Below are positions 48,313 through 58,985 of a stretch of DNA of 64,000 nt, one piece after another. The stretch spans positions 32,001 through 96,000 of the forward strand of contig JBFMGO010000003.1 in assembly GCA_040752695.1 (NCBI GenBank). The letters are read 5' to 3'. The stretch comes from a bacterium (lineage in GTDB: Bacteria; SZUA-182; DTGQ01). The notes under the pieces are model-generated. The model was given only the letters and a program-made list of their open reading frames with translations, had not been told where the DNA came from and ran no database searches. The translations under genes were made by a program, and so were the position numbers. The number at the start of each line of letters is the position of its first letter. Position 1 is the first letter of the stretch.

Positions 48313-50588
48313 GCAACAGGAGAGCATTCCTTTATCTGACATATATCTGGGTGATTCTGCTGTCGTTTCTGTGCCAGCGCAATGGGTATTCCGCTCAGCA
48401 ACGCAAGGCTGGTGCAGACAGGGGAAAGCAACGCATCAGCAGGCCCCGCTCCGCTTTTTCCTTGAAAAGCGAATCCATGAAGGCATCCACTCCTCCTTCG
48501 AACAATTTCTGTAATGGTGTCAATGAATATCACCGGGGCAGCTATGCGAAGGCCAGTGACTATCTGAAGGCAGCCCGGTCCGATTCCCATGATCTTTCGG
48601 ACTATGTCCTTTACTATCTTGGACGGTCTTTGGAAGAGCTTGGCGAGCAGCAGCAGGCGATTTCCATCTTTCAGGAACTCCTTGCGCAGTACCCGCAAAG
48701 CAGGTTTACTCCGAAGGCAACCGTAAAGGTGGCTGATCTTTTCTTCTTGCTGAAAAAATATGATAGTGCCAGGGAGTATTACCAAAAAAGCCTGGACCAC
48801 GTGCCGGACAGGAAAGATTACATCCTCTTTCAGACTGCACTCTCCTTCATGGACGAAAAAAAGTGGAGAGAGGCACGCTCCGTTCTCAAAAAAATCCTTA
48901 CTCAATTTCCTTGCAGTCAGTATGCCAAGCTGAGTACCCTGTGCAATCAGGAACTGGAAAAAGAATACCACCTTGAACCGTTGAGCTTTTCCGAAGAAGA
49001 ACAAATGGACATAATCCAGTCAAGTATCAGTGATGGTGAATATAAGCAGGCGATGGAGAAGATCGAACAGTTGAGGAAGCGGCCTTCTTTATCTTCCGGC
49101 TGCAAATCACATCTTCTCTACCAGGAAGCCAAGTGCTATTCAAAATTGGGTCAAAAGGACAAGACACTGGAAACCCTGCGCAAGCTGGTCAGCCTCTACC
49201 CGGCTTCGGACGACGTCGATAGCTCCCTGCTCCTGATGGGCTACATCCTGTGGAACCAGGACCGGGATGCCGAGGCTCTTGAAATCTATAGCGAGGTCAC
49301 TAAAAAGTTCGGCAAAAGGCCTGACGTTGCAGATAAGGCGTGGTATCATATGGGCCGTATCCATGAGCAGGGCGGAAATTACCAAAAGGCCATTTCCTGT
49401 TTCGGGAACCTGACCCGGACTTTTTCCAGGAGCGATCACTATCCGGAGGCCCTCTGGAGAATTGGCTGGGATTATTATCAGCAGGGGAAATTCCAGGAGG
49501 CCAGAGTGCACTTCAAGAATGGTCTGACCAAGGTTGACGACCCTTCAGACAGGCACCAGTTTTTATACTGGCAGGCCAGGTCAGCCGAAAAGAGTCACGA
49601 TTCAGAAGGTGCTCTTGAGCTTTACCGCACTCTTGTCAGCGATACCAGTTTTTCGTATTATAGCTGGCTGGCACGGCAGCGCATTGAGGACTGGACCGCT
49701 CCTCCCCTTAAGACATCATTTCCGGGCAAGGTTGGCGTCACCAGGGTGAGTTATTCATCCGAGGTCTACTTTCATCTGGGCAGGGCCAAAAAACTGCTGG
49801 AATACCGGCTGAAGGATGAGGCAAAAGGAGAAGTCAAAGTCCTGATGGACCTGCGGGAGTCAGATCCCTGGTACTGGTATAACCTGAGTAAACTGGCACA
49901 GGAGGCAGGGCTGCACCGTGAGGCGGTTTTAGCCGGCTGGCGCTGCCAGCGGTCGCTTGCCAGGCAGGGCAAATCGGAAACGTACTCAGATGTATTGGAA
50001 CTTTTATATCCCCTGCATTATTGGGAGCATATTCAAAAATACACAGACGAGTACAACCTTGATCCCTTGATCGTTTGCTCTCTCATGCGCCAGGAAAGCA
50101 TGTTCGATCCCCAGAGTCTGTCCAGAGCGCGCGCCTATGGACTGATGCAGATCATCCCGAGTACGGCCAGAATGATCGCCTCACGGCTCAAAGCCTATGG
50201 AGGCAGGCATTTTAACGTTGAAAGACTCTACGATCCCGAGACCAATATCGCCTTTGGCTGCTGGTACCTGGCCGATTTGCTGCAAAGACTCGAAGGCAAT
50301 GTGATCTACGCCCTCATATCCTATAATGCCGGAGAGGATGCACTCAAAAAATGGCGCGATCAGTACGCAACGGCAACCCTCGATGAATTCGTCGAAATGA
50401 TCTCCTACAAGGAGACGCGAGACTATGTCAAGAAAGTGATCAGGAATTATGGCCACTACTCATGGTTGTACAGTAATCAGGCAACTTCCTCAAATCAGGC
50501 AATTTCCTCCTCACCCGGACAGATGAAGGGGCAGGGCAGTCAGGTAGAAGGAAAATCCGACCGAGAGAACCGGGAGAGTGAGGGGTAA
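48309..50588 (+). CDS. slt: Soluble lytic murein transglycosylase with TPR superhelix
   Basis: TPR-like repeats, then RQES, AYGLMQIIPST, YNAG and ETRDYVKKV. Confidence 0.9.
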   Translation: MSNRRAFLYLTYIWVILLSFLCQRNGYSAQQRKAGADRGKQRISRPRSAFSLKSESMKASTPPSNNFCNGVNEYHRGSYAKASDYLKAARSDSHDLSDYVLYYLGRSLEELGEQQQAISIFQELLAQYPQSRFTPKATVKVADLFFLLKKYDSAREYYQKSLDHVPDRKDYILFQTALSFMDEKKWREARSVLKKILTQFPCSQYAKLSTLCNQELEKEYHLEPLSFSEEEQMDIIQSSISDGEYKQAMEKIEQLRKRPSLSSGCKSHLLYQEAKCYSKLGQKDKTLETLRKLVSLYPASDDVDSSLLLMGYILWNQDRDAEALEIYSEVTKKFGKRPDVADKAWYHMGRIHEQGGNYQKAISCFGNLTRTFSRSDHYPEALWRIGWDYYQQGKFQEARVHFKNGLTKVDDPSDRHQFLYWQARSAEKSHDSEGALELYRTLVSDTSFSYYSWLARQRIEDWTAPPLKTSFPGKVGVTRVSYSSEVYFHLGRAKKLLEYRLKDEAKGEVKVLMDLRESDPWYWYNLSKLAQEAGLHREAVLAGWRCQRSLARQGKSETYSDVLELLYPLHYWEHIQKYTDEYNLDPLIVCSLMRQESMFDPQSLSRARAYGLMQIIPSTARMIASRLKAYGGRHFNVERLYDPETNIAFGCWYLADLLQRLEGNVIYALISYNAGEDALKKWRDQYATATLDEFVEMISYKETRDYVKKVIRNYGHYSWLYSNQATSSNQAISSSPGQMKGQGSQVEGKSDRENRESEG

Positions 50589-50779
50589 AAATTCGTACAC
50601 TGGTAACCAGGGGGAGGGAGGGATGAAGAATTGGTGTCATTATTGCCTGTCCTGAGACTTCAAAACGATAGGTAATCCTGAGACTTCAAAACGATAGGCG
50701 GGACATTTCTGTCCCGCCCTACTCGTCCTGTATGATACGTGAGGGGGAATTGGGAGATTTTTCCCCCTCCCTCATCCAG

Positions 50780-53143
50780 TTAATCCAGGCAGGAAGGCTT
50801 CCCTAGAAATTTCCGGAAAATGCAAAGAGCATCGAGTGGGGTAACTTTGCCATTATCATCCACATCAGCGCAATCGGAGCAGGAGCCGGAGCCAAGATAG
50901 CACCTGAAAGCGATCAGAGCATCCCCAGGAGTGACACTGCCATCTTCGTTAAGATCCTCATCGCACTTGATGCAGAAGCATCCTCCTGTTGAGGAAAATT
51001 CAACCAGATGATCCTCCAGATTCTCCAATTGCAAAGGATAGCAGCTATTATTTTGACCACCTATTACCATGAACTTCAACCACACCAGGCGGCCGCTTGC
51101 ACCTCTAGGGATTTGATGCTCGTCGGTATATCCTCCCACTCTCAGTCTGTTCCAATCGATCGGGTGAACCTCAACCGTTTCAAAAGAGCTTGTCAGGTCT
51201 CCCCGCTCTACCTCTATGTATTCCAGAACAGCCGGATCATACGTCACTTCAAAGCCAAAGCTATTAACCTCATTGGATGCGGATTGAATTCTTACGGGAA
51301 TTGTAACCTCTTGGCCGATTCTCCCATTACTCCGTTCGATATCCAATGTCCCTAGGTCATTTTCCTCACAGCCATCGTCTGGACCTACAGAATTATACTC
51401 ATAGGCTCCTATATCAGTAACAGCCACACCGTCACTGTCACCATCCTGGGGCCTTGGCGTTCCATCCAGATCCGCATCCGGTGCACCCTCATGAGTACCT
51501 GCGTCGATACAGGGTGAACCAGGGTTAAGGTGATAGTCGTCAGCAGAAGGGTTAACGAATGAAGGATCGGCATCGATGTTAGCCGTGCCATCCCATCCGC
51601 CTTCGATATCGGAGTAGGTGATATTGAATGCGCCGCTGTATTCAAGTAATTGACCTCCGGTATTTCCCCGGATAATGCAATTGGTTATATCAGCATAGCC
51701 AGCCAGAGCTATGCCGCCTCCATTCTCCGATGGGGCATGATTCTCGCAAATAGTAGAGTTGATAATCAGGGCATGACTGCTATCGGTGATCTGAATCCCG
51801 CCGCCCGCTATCGTTCCGCCTGAATCGTTGGCTGTATTGTGAATGATCAGGCAATTCCTGACCATGGCTTCAGCCGCACTCATGGATATTCCGCCTCCAT
51901 CGTCCTGGGCTTCGTTACCACGAATGACGCTGTTTTCTATGGTAACAGGCGTGTCGTTGCCTGCCATGCCAAAGTGAATTCCTCCACCGAATATCGCAGC
52001 GGTATTCTCTGCAATGGTGCAGCCGGTGATAGTCGGCGAGGAATACTCCGTATAAATCCCGCCGCCATAGCTTTCAGAAGAATTATGAATAATAGTGCAA
52101 TTGACGATACTTGCCAAAGAAGAGCCGTAGCAGGTAATTCCACCACCCCAGGAAGCTGAATTTTCCTGAATGGTGCAGTTTTCGATACGCGGGGAGGAGA
52201 AACAGCGAATCCCGCCACCATAGGCAGCCGAATTCCCCTGAATGGTGCAATCGGAGATAATTGGTGAGGGGTTGGACTCGCAACTGATTCCTCCCCCATC
52301 GTGGGAGGCCGAATTCATACTGAAAGTGCAATGAGTAATGGTCAGGGAGGAATCGGGAGGGAAATCGGCAGATACGCACTGGATTCCGCCGCCGTCATCG
52401 GTGGCTGAATTTTCCGTAAAGGTGCAGCCGGTGATGATTGGCGAGGAGTTATTGCTATAGATTCCGCCGCCGTAATCGGCGGCATTTTGATAAAAGGTGC
52501 AGTCGGTAATGGCTGGTGAACAGAGGTCAAAGCAGGTAATTCCACCACCGTAGCTGCCTTGATTCGCACTTATGGTACAGTTGGCGATGGTTGGCGATGA
52601 CGAGGATAGACAGCGAATTCCGCCACCCCAGTCAGCTGTATTTCCGGTAATCGTACAATGAGTGATAGTTGGGGAAGAGGAAACGCAACTGATTCCGCCA
52701 CCTTCGCCTGCATGACCATTTTGCACGGTAAATCCAGCCAGGATAGAGTCGCTGCCCTCACCGCTTTCGAACGTGATCACGGTCGCTTCCAGATTACTGC
52801 CATCGATAATGGTAGCGGCCACTACATTCGGATCATCAGGATTGGTACTCGTGAGCGTTATTGCCTTACCCTGAAAGGAAATGCGCTCATAATACACGCC
52901 GGGGTCCACGACAATCACATCGCCATCTGCGGCAGCATCGATGGCTACCATAATACTCTCGCCATCATGAACATGTACCTCTGCTGCTTCCACTCTGGGC
53001 GCATGAACTGTCAATACTCCAAGCGTACTGAGCATGCCCAGCAAACCCAGGATGCCCAGCCTACTCAGTATATTCAGTCTATCCAATTTATTCAGCATAT
53101 CCATTAATCTAAAAACAATACCTGACGGTATTCTTTTTCCCAT
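50780..53143 (-). CDS. Secreted parallel beta-helix protein with C-terminal cohesin and dockerin domains
   Basis: Repeated GGGI.C..SSPTI.NCTI..N.A; DPSFV...DYHL..GSPCIDAG..DLDG.PR..DIGAYE; cohesin-like GQEVTIPVRI..FGFEVTYDPAVL; dockerin-like DLNEDGSVTPGDAL..DVDDNGKVTPLDAL. Confidence 0.85.
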   Translation of the reverse strand: MGKRIPSGIVFRLMDMLNKLDRLNILSRLGILGLLGMLSTLGVLTVHAPRVEAAEVHVHDGESIMVAIDAAADGDVIVVDPGVYYERISFQGKAITLTSTNPDDPNVVAATIIDGSNLEATVITFESGEGSDSILAGFTVQNGHAGEGGGISCVSSSPTITHCTITGNTADWGGGIRCLSSSSPTIANCTISANQGSYGGGITCFDLCSPAITDCTFYQNAADYGGGIYSNNSSPIITGCTFTENSATDDGGGIQCVSADFPPDSSLTITHCTFSMNSASHDGGGISCESNPSPIISDCTIQGNSAAYGGGIRCFSSPRIENCTIQENSASWGGGITCYGSSLASIVNCTIIHNSSESYGGGIYTEYSSPTITGCTIAENTAAIFGGGIHFGMAGNDTPVTIENSVIRGNEAQDDGGGISMSAAEAMVRNCLIIHNTANDSGGTIAGGGIQITDSSHALIINSTICENHAPSENGGGIALAGYADITNCIIRGNTGGQLLEYSGAFNITYSDIEGGWDGTANIDADPSFVNPSADDYHLNPGSPCIDAGTHEGAPDADLDGTPRPQDGDSDGVAVTDIGAYEYNSVGPDDGCEENDLGTLDIERSNGRIGQEVTIPVRIQSASNEVNSFGFEVTYDPAVLEYIEVERGDLTSSFETVEVHPIDWNRLRVGGYTDEHQIPRGASGRLVWLKFMVIGGQNNSCYPLQLENLEDHLVEFSSTGGCFCIKCDEDLNEDGSVTPGDALIAFRCYLGSGSCSDCADVDDNGKVTPLDALCIFRKFLGKPSCLD

Positions 53144-53624
53144 GATTTTCTTCTCTCCTCGTATGGGCAAAAGTACAGATACTATAGAAATAACCAATCC
53201 GATAGCTAAAAAACATTTATGCGCTTAGGCGCTTAGCGAGTTCACATGGGTTCTTAACTGCCTGCCTTCGGTTACCATAGGCAGTCAGTTGGTCTGTCCT
53301 GAAGAAGCTTCTTCAGGAGGGGGGGGCAAGTAAAGCCTCATTGTAGTAACAGGCTGCAAGCATTCATACTTTTTCTCCCTCCTTTCCTATAAGTTAGCTT
53401 ATTAATTGGTGATTATTTCATGTGGGTAATTATTATAAATATTGATAATCAATATAATGTAAATATAATATTAATTTAACATGTTGTAGATGACTTGTCA
53501 AAAAAAACAGATTTTTCAGAAGCGGTTAGAGTCATCATATAAAGCCATTGATTTTAGACCTATACTTGCAAGTAACTTCAACCTTTGATATATTACCACC
53601 TAATATTTAATACATTGACCTTGA

Positions 53625-53657
53625 GTACACTGGCCGGGGAATTCCCGGCCAGTGTAC
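53625..53657. repeat. Perfect 14-bp inverted repeat upstream of the D-aminoacylase gene
   Basis: gtacactggccggg-gaatt-cccggccagtgtac. Confidence 0.8.
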
Positions 53658-53722
53658 CTGGCATTTTATGAAGGTGCAGAGTGAGCACTTAGCTTGACAA
53701 TGAATACTCATGGAAAGAGACC

Positions 53723-55354
53723 ATGCCTATGTATGACCTTCTGATTCGACAGGCCCAAATTGTCGATGGTATAGGTCAGCCTTCTTACGTGGCAGACATT
53801 GGGATTGCAGGAGAGCGAATAGCCTGGATCGGAGCCGCTGACACAGGGCGAGCGCCCAAAGAGGGTAGTGCCACAAGGCGAGCGCCAAACGGGAAGAGAA
53901 TTATCGACGCGAAAGGGCTTGTTCTTGCACCCGGTTTTGTGGATATGCACAGCCATTCCGATTATACTCTCCTTATCGATAACCGGGCCGAGAGTAAGCT
54001 CAGGCAGGGAGTCACTACCGAAGTGGTGGGAAACTGCGGGTACTCTGCCGCTCCCGTATACTCTCCCCTGCTTGAGGAGAGAAGGTCGGAATACGAAGGG
54101 CTTTACGGCCTTCGGCTCGATTGGCGCACGTTTCCCGAATACCTCGAACGGGTTGAGGCTTCCTCTCCTTCCATCAACGCTGTTTTTCTCGTCGGGCACA
54201 ACACGATCCGCGCATCAGCCATGGGATTCGGTGATCTTCCGCCCTCCCGGGAGCACATGACCCGCATGGAAAGCCTGGTAGATGAAGCTCTCGACTGTGG
54301 CGCTTTTGGGTTATCTACCGGCCTTTTTTACGCTCCTGCCTGTTTTGCCCGGAAGGAGGAATTGATTCAACTGGCTAAAAGGGTCTCAAGGCGCGGGGGC
54401 ATCCTGACTTCCCATATCCGCAGTGAAGGAAAGTATCTTATCGAGGCTCTGGAAGAGATCCTGGCCATTGCCAAAGGTGCTGAAGTTCCTCTTGAAATTT
54501 CCCACCTTAAGACTTTTGGCAGGGAGAATTGGCGGAAACTGGACCAGGCCCTTGAAATGATTGAGTCAGCGCGGCATCAGGGTCTTGAGGTCACGTTCGA
54601 TCGCTACCCTTATCTGGCGGCTTCGACCAGCCTCCAATCCCTCCTGCCGGATTGGGCCCAGGCCGGCGGCCCCAGGGCCATTGTGCACAGAATCATGGAT
54701 CCTTCGACCCGGCGTAAGCTTGTTCATTATCTGCTCACCGAATACCGGGACGAGGATTACTGGGCATCGATTTTTATTTCCCTGGTAGCAGACGATGCGC
54801 ATAAAGAGTGGGAAGGGCTGAATCTCACCCAACTGGCTCAGATTCAGGGGACATCTTCAGCCGAAGCTGCCCTTGATCTTCTTGTACAGGAGAGGACCCA
54901 GGTTGAGATCGTCCAGTTTGCCATGAGTGAGGAAAATCTGGCCAGGATCATCCGGCATCCTCTGGCCATGATCGGCTCGGACTCGAGTTCCAGATCCGCC
55001 GATGGCCCTTTAAGGATAGGAAAGCCACACCCCAGGGCTTTTGGCACTTTTGCACGAGTCATCCGGGAATTTTGTCTCGATAAGCGGATACTCTCCCTCG
55101 AAGAGGGAGTGCGAAAAATGACCGCCCTCCCCTGCCAGAAACTCGGCCTCAAGGATCGCGGCCAGATCAGGGAAGGGATGATTGCAGACCTTTTGCTTTT
55201 CGATCCGGAGAGTATCTTTGATCAGGCCACCTATCAAAATCCGTTCCAGTACCCTCCGGGCATACGACTGGTCATGGTGAATGGCCGGATCTGTATTGAG
55301 GAGGATTCTTCCCTTCGTCCGGGACAGGGGAAAATCCTGCTGCGGGGACAATGA
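53723..55354 (+). CDS. N-acyl-D-amino-acid deacylase (D-aminoacylase)
   Basis: PGFVDMHSHSD, QGVTTEVVGNCG, SHIRSE, ISHLK, IGSD, PHPRAFGTF. Confidence 0.92.
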   Translation: MPMYDLLIRQAQIVDGIGQPSYVADIGIAGERIAWIGAADTGRAPKEGSATRRAPNGKRIIDAKGLVLAPGFVDMHSHSDYTLLIDNRAESKLRQGVTTEVVGNCGYSAAPVYSPLLEERRSEYEGLYGLRLDWRTFPEYLERVEASSPSINAVFLVGHNTIRASAMGFGDLPPSREHMTRMESLVDEALDCGAFGLSTGLFYAPACFARKEELIQLAKRVSRRGGILTSHIRSEGKYLIEALEEILAIAKGAEVPLEISHLKTFGRENWRKLDQALEMIESARHQGLEVTFDRYPYLAASTSLQSLLPDWAQAGGPRAIVHRIMDPSTRRKLVHYLLTEYRDEDYWASIFISLVADDAHKEWEGLNLTQLAQIQGTSSAEAALDLLVQERTQVEIVQFAMSEENLARIIRHPLAMIGSDSSSRSADGPLRIGKPHPRAFGTFARVIREFCLDKRILSLEEGVRKMTALPCQKLGLKDRGQIREGMIADLLLFDPESIFDQATYQNPFQYPPGIRLVMVNGRICIEEDSSLRPGQGKILLRGQ

Positions 55355-55496
55355 CACCATCAATGGAGAAAATTGATAAACAATTGGTCACCATTGTTCG
55401 AAATTTCTACTCGTCCTGACAAGGGTCAAAAAATCATAAACTAGATATTTCAACTGGTTAGCGACAAAAATCATTTTCATTGTCAAGGGAAATTCC

Positions 55497-55512
55497 TGGC
55501 ATCCAGTTTGCT
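55497..55512 (+). promoter_or_regulatory. Candidate sigma-54 promoter for the response regulator
   Basis: tGGcatccagtttGCt (GG-N10-GC), ~80 nt upstream of the ATG. Confidence 0.55.
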
Positions 55513-55592
55513 TTTTAGTAAGCACGATACCAAAAAGCGCGATGTCCACCAATTACACCTGTTTTTATTTAACATAAAGGGGATGAACTTTT

Positions 55593-55994
55593 ATGGATGC
55601 CAAGCGAATTTTAATCGTTGATGATGAAGCCAACATGTGCAGCATTATGCAGGACATCCTGGTTGATGAGGGATATGAGGTGATGGTGGCTGAGAATGGA
55701 AGTGAAGCTCTGCAAGTCGTTCGGGATATTACCCCTGACCTGATTATTACCGATATCAATATGCCCTGCATGGGAGGGCTGGACCTGTTGCGTGAGGTAA
55801 AAAGCCTTCATCCGGATGTTCAGTTTATCATCATGACCGGCTTTGGCGAATTGGAAACGTACCTCAAGGCCATGCATAACGGGGCGTTCGATTATGTTAC
55901 CAAACCACTGAATATAGAAATGCTGAAACTCATGGTAGCCAAGGTTCTCGGTCAAAACCGGTTCTTTGCTTCCGCCTCGTTTCAGGGAAATTAG
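55593..55994 (+). CDS. Single-domain response regulator
   Basis: ILIVDDE, LIITDINMP, IIMTG, DYVTKP; no output domain. Confidence 0.93.
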   Translation: MDAKRILIVDDEANMCSIMQDILVDEGYEVMVAENGSEALQVVRDITPDLIITDINMPCMGGLDLLREVKSLHPDVQFIIMTGFGELETYLKAMHNGAFDYVTKPLNIEMLKLMVAKVLGQNRFFASASFQGN

Positions 55995-56353
55995 AAGGCA
56001 GGAGGCGGAATTTAAGAATATCGTTACAGAGAATACTTACCTTGTCAGTGGTTGGCAGCCAATTATCAGTGGTTGGCAGCCAATTAGCGGTAGAGCCGCA
56101 GGCATAGAGCCTGCGGAGCGACCCTTTAAGGCAGTGAGGAATAGAAGGGCAATTACACGTGCGTGCAGATGGAAGATTTCCTATCCCTTATTGTTCTTGA
56201 ATAATCCTTTATAGTCAGTTGCTTATCCAACCAACGGTATTCTATACTTTTATCACCAAAAAATATAATATTAATACTTGACAATCCCTCGATACCAGTT
56301 GTAAAATCGATTGCTTTAAATTTCACAGCTTTTTTAACCGATACAGAGATTCA

Positions 56354-57445
56354 ATGAAAAAAATCGATATTAAAAAACTTTTACGAGTTGATCCAGGCCA
56401 GGCGCCTGCCTATGAAATCCCTGTTTTTCCGGAAGCGATTAAACTGGATGCCAATGAAAATCCGTATGAAATTCCAGTTGATCTTCTGGCGGAAGTCCTT
56501 CAAAACATCGGTCAGGTTCTTTTGAACCGGTATCCCGATCCGGGCTACGGGAAGGTGCGGCGTATTCTGTCCGGAATGTGGGGATGGCCTTATGACCGGA
56601 TTATCCTGGGAAATGGATCGGATGAGTTGATTCAGGTCATCATGATCGCTTTTGGCGGGCCGGGGAAAAAGGTTTTTATTCCGACCCCCTCATTTGCCAT
56701 GTATCGGATCATTGCCCGGTCTTTCGGTGACACGGTGGAGGAGATCCCTCTGTCGGAAGATTTTGACCTGGTCCTGTCAGATGCCCTTCGGGATCGTATG
56801 TATGATCCGAGCCGGACCGGCAATCTCATTTTCCTGGCTGTACCGAACAATCCCACAGGAAATTGCTTTTCAAGATCAGTCGTTCAGGAAATCGTCGAAA
56901 ATTTCCAGGGGATTGTCTGCATTGACGAAGCTTATACTGATTTTAGCGATACCAACTTTCTTGATCTTTTATCCGAACACCCTAACCTGATCATTCTCAG
57001 AACCCTTTCCAAGATCGGTTTAGCCGCGATTCGAATGGGTTTTTTACTGGCTGACGAGGCCATTATTCAAAATATCCAAAGGATAAAGCTTCCCTACAAT
57101 ATTAACAGCCTGGCCGAAGCCGCAGCCAGTGTTGTTCTGTCTAAAAGAGAGGTCATCGAGGCCAGCATCTCCCAGGTCAAGAAGAACCGGACCTGGCTGC
57201 ATGAACAGATGATGCGGATTGAAGGCATCAGGGTCTACCCCTCCCGTGCTAATTTCATCCTCTTTCAGGTAAACTCGGATGCTGCGGCCCCAAAGCTGCT
57301 TGAACAACTCCTGTCAGAGGGTATCCTGATAAGAGGCTTTGGCGATGAAGGAAGACTGAAAGGCCATTTCCGGGTAACCGTTGGCACTCAGGAAGAGTGC
57401 TCCCGTTTTGTGGAAGGGCTGAGAAAAATTCTGCGATCTCATTGA
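56354..57445 (+). CDS. hisC: Histidinol-phosphate aminotransferase
   Basis: KLDANENPY, NRYPD, GNGSDELI, PNNPTG, DEAY, RTLSK. Confidence 0.95.
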   Translation: MKKIDIKKLLRVDPGQAPAYEIPVFPEAIKLDANENPYEIPVDLLAEVLQNIGQVLLNRYPDPGYGKVRRILSGMWGWPYDRIILGNGSDELIQVIMIAFGGPGKKVFIPTPSFAMYRIIARSFGDTVEEIPLSEDFDLVLSDALRDRMYDPSRTGNLIFLAVPNNPTGNCFSRSVVQEIVENFQGIVCIDEAYTDFSDTNFLDLLSEHPNLIILRTLSKIGLAAIRMGFLLADEAIIQNIQRIKLPYNINSLAEAAASVVLSKREVIEASISQVKKNRTWLHEQMMRIEGIRVYPSRANFILFQVNSDAAAPKLLEQLLSEGILIRGFGDEGRLKGHFRVTVGTQEECSRFVEGLRKILRSH

Positions 57446-57554
57446 TCAAAGAGCAGGGAGTTTTGATCAATGGTATGTATACATGACAATTTAATTCAGA
57501 GCAATTTTATTATATAATATTGTTATTCATGACAATAATGAAGGTGTATAGAGT

Positions 57555-58139
57555 ATGAGCCGAAATACAACGGTTGAAAGAAAGACTACGGAAACGCAGG
57601 TTTCTCTGGAATTGAATCTTGACGGGAAAGGGGTATACGAGATCGATACCTCTATTCCTTTTATGGACCATATGCTTTCTTTGATGTGCAAGCACAGTTT
57701 TTTTAATTTAAAACTCCAGGCCAGTGGAGATATCGAAGTCGATTACCACCACCTGGTGGAGGATCTTGGCATTACCATCGGCACTGCTTTTCGGCAGTTG
57801 CTCGAAGATAAGAGGCAGATTAGACGCTATGGAGCGGCCACGCTGCCCATGGATGAGTCACTGGCCACCGTTGCCCTTGATATTTGTTCCCGCTCCGTAT
57901 TGGTTTATAATGTAGATGTATGCGGAAAGATCGGGGATTTTGATATAGACCTGGTGGAGGAATTTTTCCGGGCTTTTGTCAGCAACAGCATGATTACCCT
58001 GCATATCAACCTCTTTTATGGAAACAATCTGCACCATATTGCCGAAGCCATATTCAAGGCTTTCGGCCGGGCTTTAAGTCAGGCCACCCGTATTGATCCG
58101 TCTATGGAAGGGGTCCTTTCCACGAAAGGAAAGCTCTAA
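57555..58139 (+). CDS. hisB: Imidazoleglycerol-phosphate dehydratase (monofunctional)
   Basis: RKTTET, DYHHLVED, PMDE, NLHHIAEA.FKA, STKG. Confidence 0.96.
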   Translation: MSRNTTVERKTTETQVSLELNLDGKGVYEIDTSIPFMDHMLSLMCKHSFFNLKLQASGDIEVDYHHLVEDLGITIGTAFRQLLEDKRQIRRYGAATLPMDESLATVALDICSRSVLVYNVDVCGKIGDFDIDLVEEFFRAFVSNSMITLHINLFYGNNLHHIAEAIFKAFGRALSQATRIDPSMEGVLSTKGKL

Positions 58140-58267
58140 AGAATCACAGAGCCAGACAAGAGGAAAGAGCCTGAAGAGGGAAAAGAACCAGGTGAGGGAA
58201 AAGAACCAGACGATGAAACCACACTTGAAGGGTGAGGAATGATTCTCATCCTGGATGAGGTTGCAAA

Positions 58268-58867
58268 ATGATTGCTATCCTGGATTTTGATATGGGGAAT
58301 CTGCGGAGCATCCAAAAAGGTTTCGAGCAGGTTGGTGCCTCGGCAGTGATTACTCGCGACCAGGCGAAGGTCCACTCAGCCCATAAGCTGATTCTTCCCG
58401 GAGTCGGAGCATTCCGGGACGGGATGAAGAATCTCGCTCATTACAATCTGATTCCCCTGATCCAGGAGGCCGTTGCAGAGGGGAAACCGGTCCTTGGAAT
58501 ATGCCTGGGAATGCAACTGCTTTTTACCGAGAGCGAAGAATTCGGCCTGACTCAGGGGCTCAATATCGTGCCCGGCAAGGTGAAGCGTTTCACGGTGAAT
58601 CTGAAAATTCCTCATATGGGCTGGAACTCGATCGAGATAAAAAATCAAGTTCCTCTTTTTCAGAATTCCAGTAACGGAGAATACTTTTATTTCGTCCATT
58701 CTTACTACGTTGAGCCGGAAAACCCGGACTGCATCGCAGCCACAACTGAATATGGAATTCCGTTTACTTCAGCCATTTGTCAGGGTACACTGTTTGCCAC
58801 TCAATTTCATCCTGAAAAAAGTCAGTCCAGCGGATTAAAGATCCTGAAGGCTTTTGCCGGGCTGTAG
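58268..58867 (+). CDS. hisH: Imidazole glycerol phosphate synthase glutaminase subunit
   Basis: LPGVGAF, GICLGMQ, PHMGWN, YFVHSY, QFHPEKS. Confidence 0.96.
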   Translation: MIAILDFDMGNLRSIQKGFEQVGASAVITRDQAKVHSAHKLILPGVGAFRDGMKNLAHYNLIPLIQEAVAEGKPVLGICLGMQLLFTESEEFGLTQGLNIVPGKVKRFTVNLKIPHMGWNSIEIKNQVPLFQNSSNGEYFYFVHSYYVEPENPDCIAATTEYGIPFTSAICQGTLFATQFHPEKSQSSGLKILKAFAGL

Positions 58868-58985
58868 CAGTCTCCCGTAGAAGAAAGTACTCTATTTACA
58901 TTATGAAACAGTATTATCGTATATCATTAGTCTGTGTATCTGTATTATTGCCCATGCATCGAAGGGCATTTTCGGGGGGATAAAA

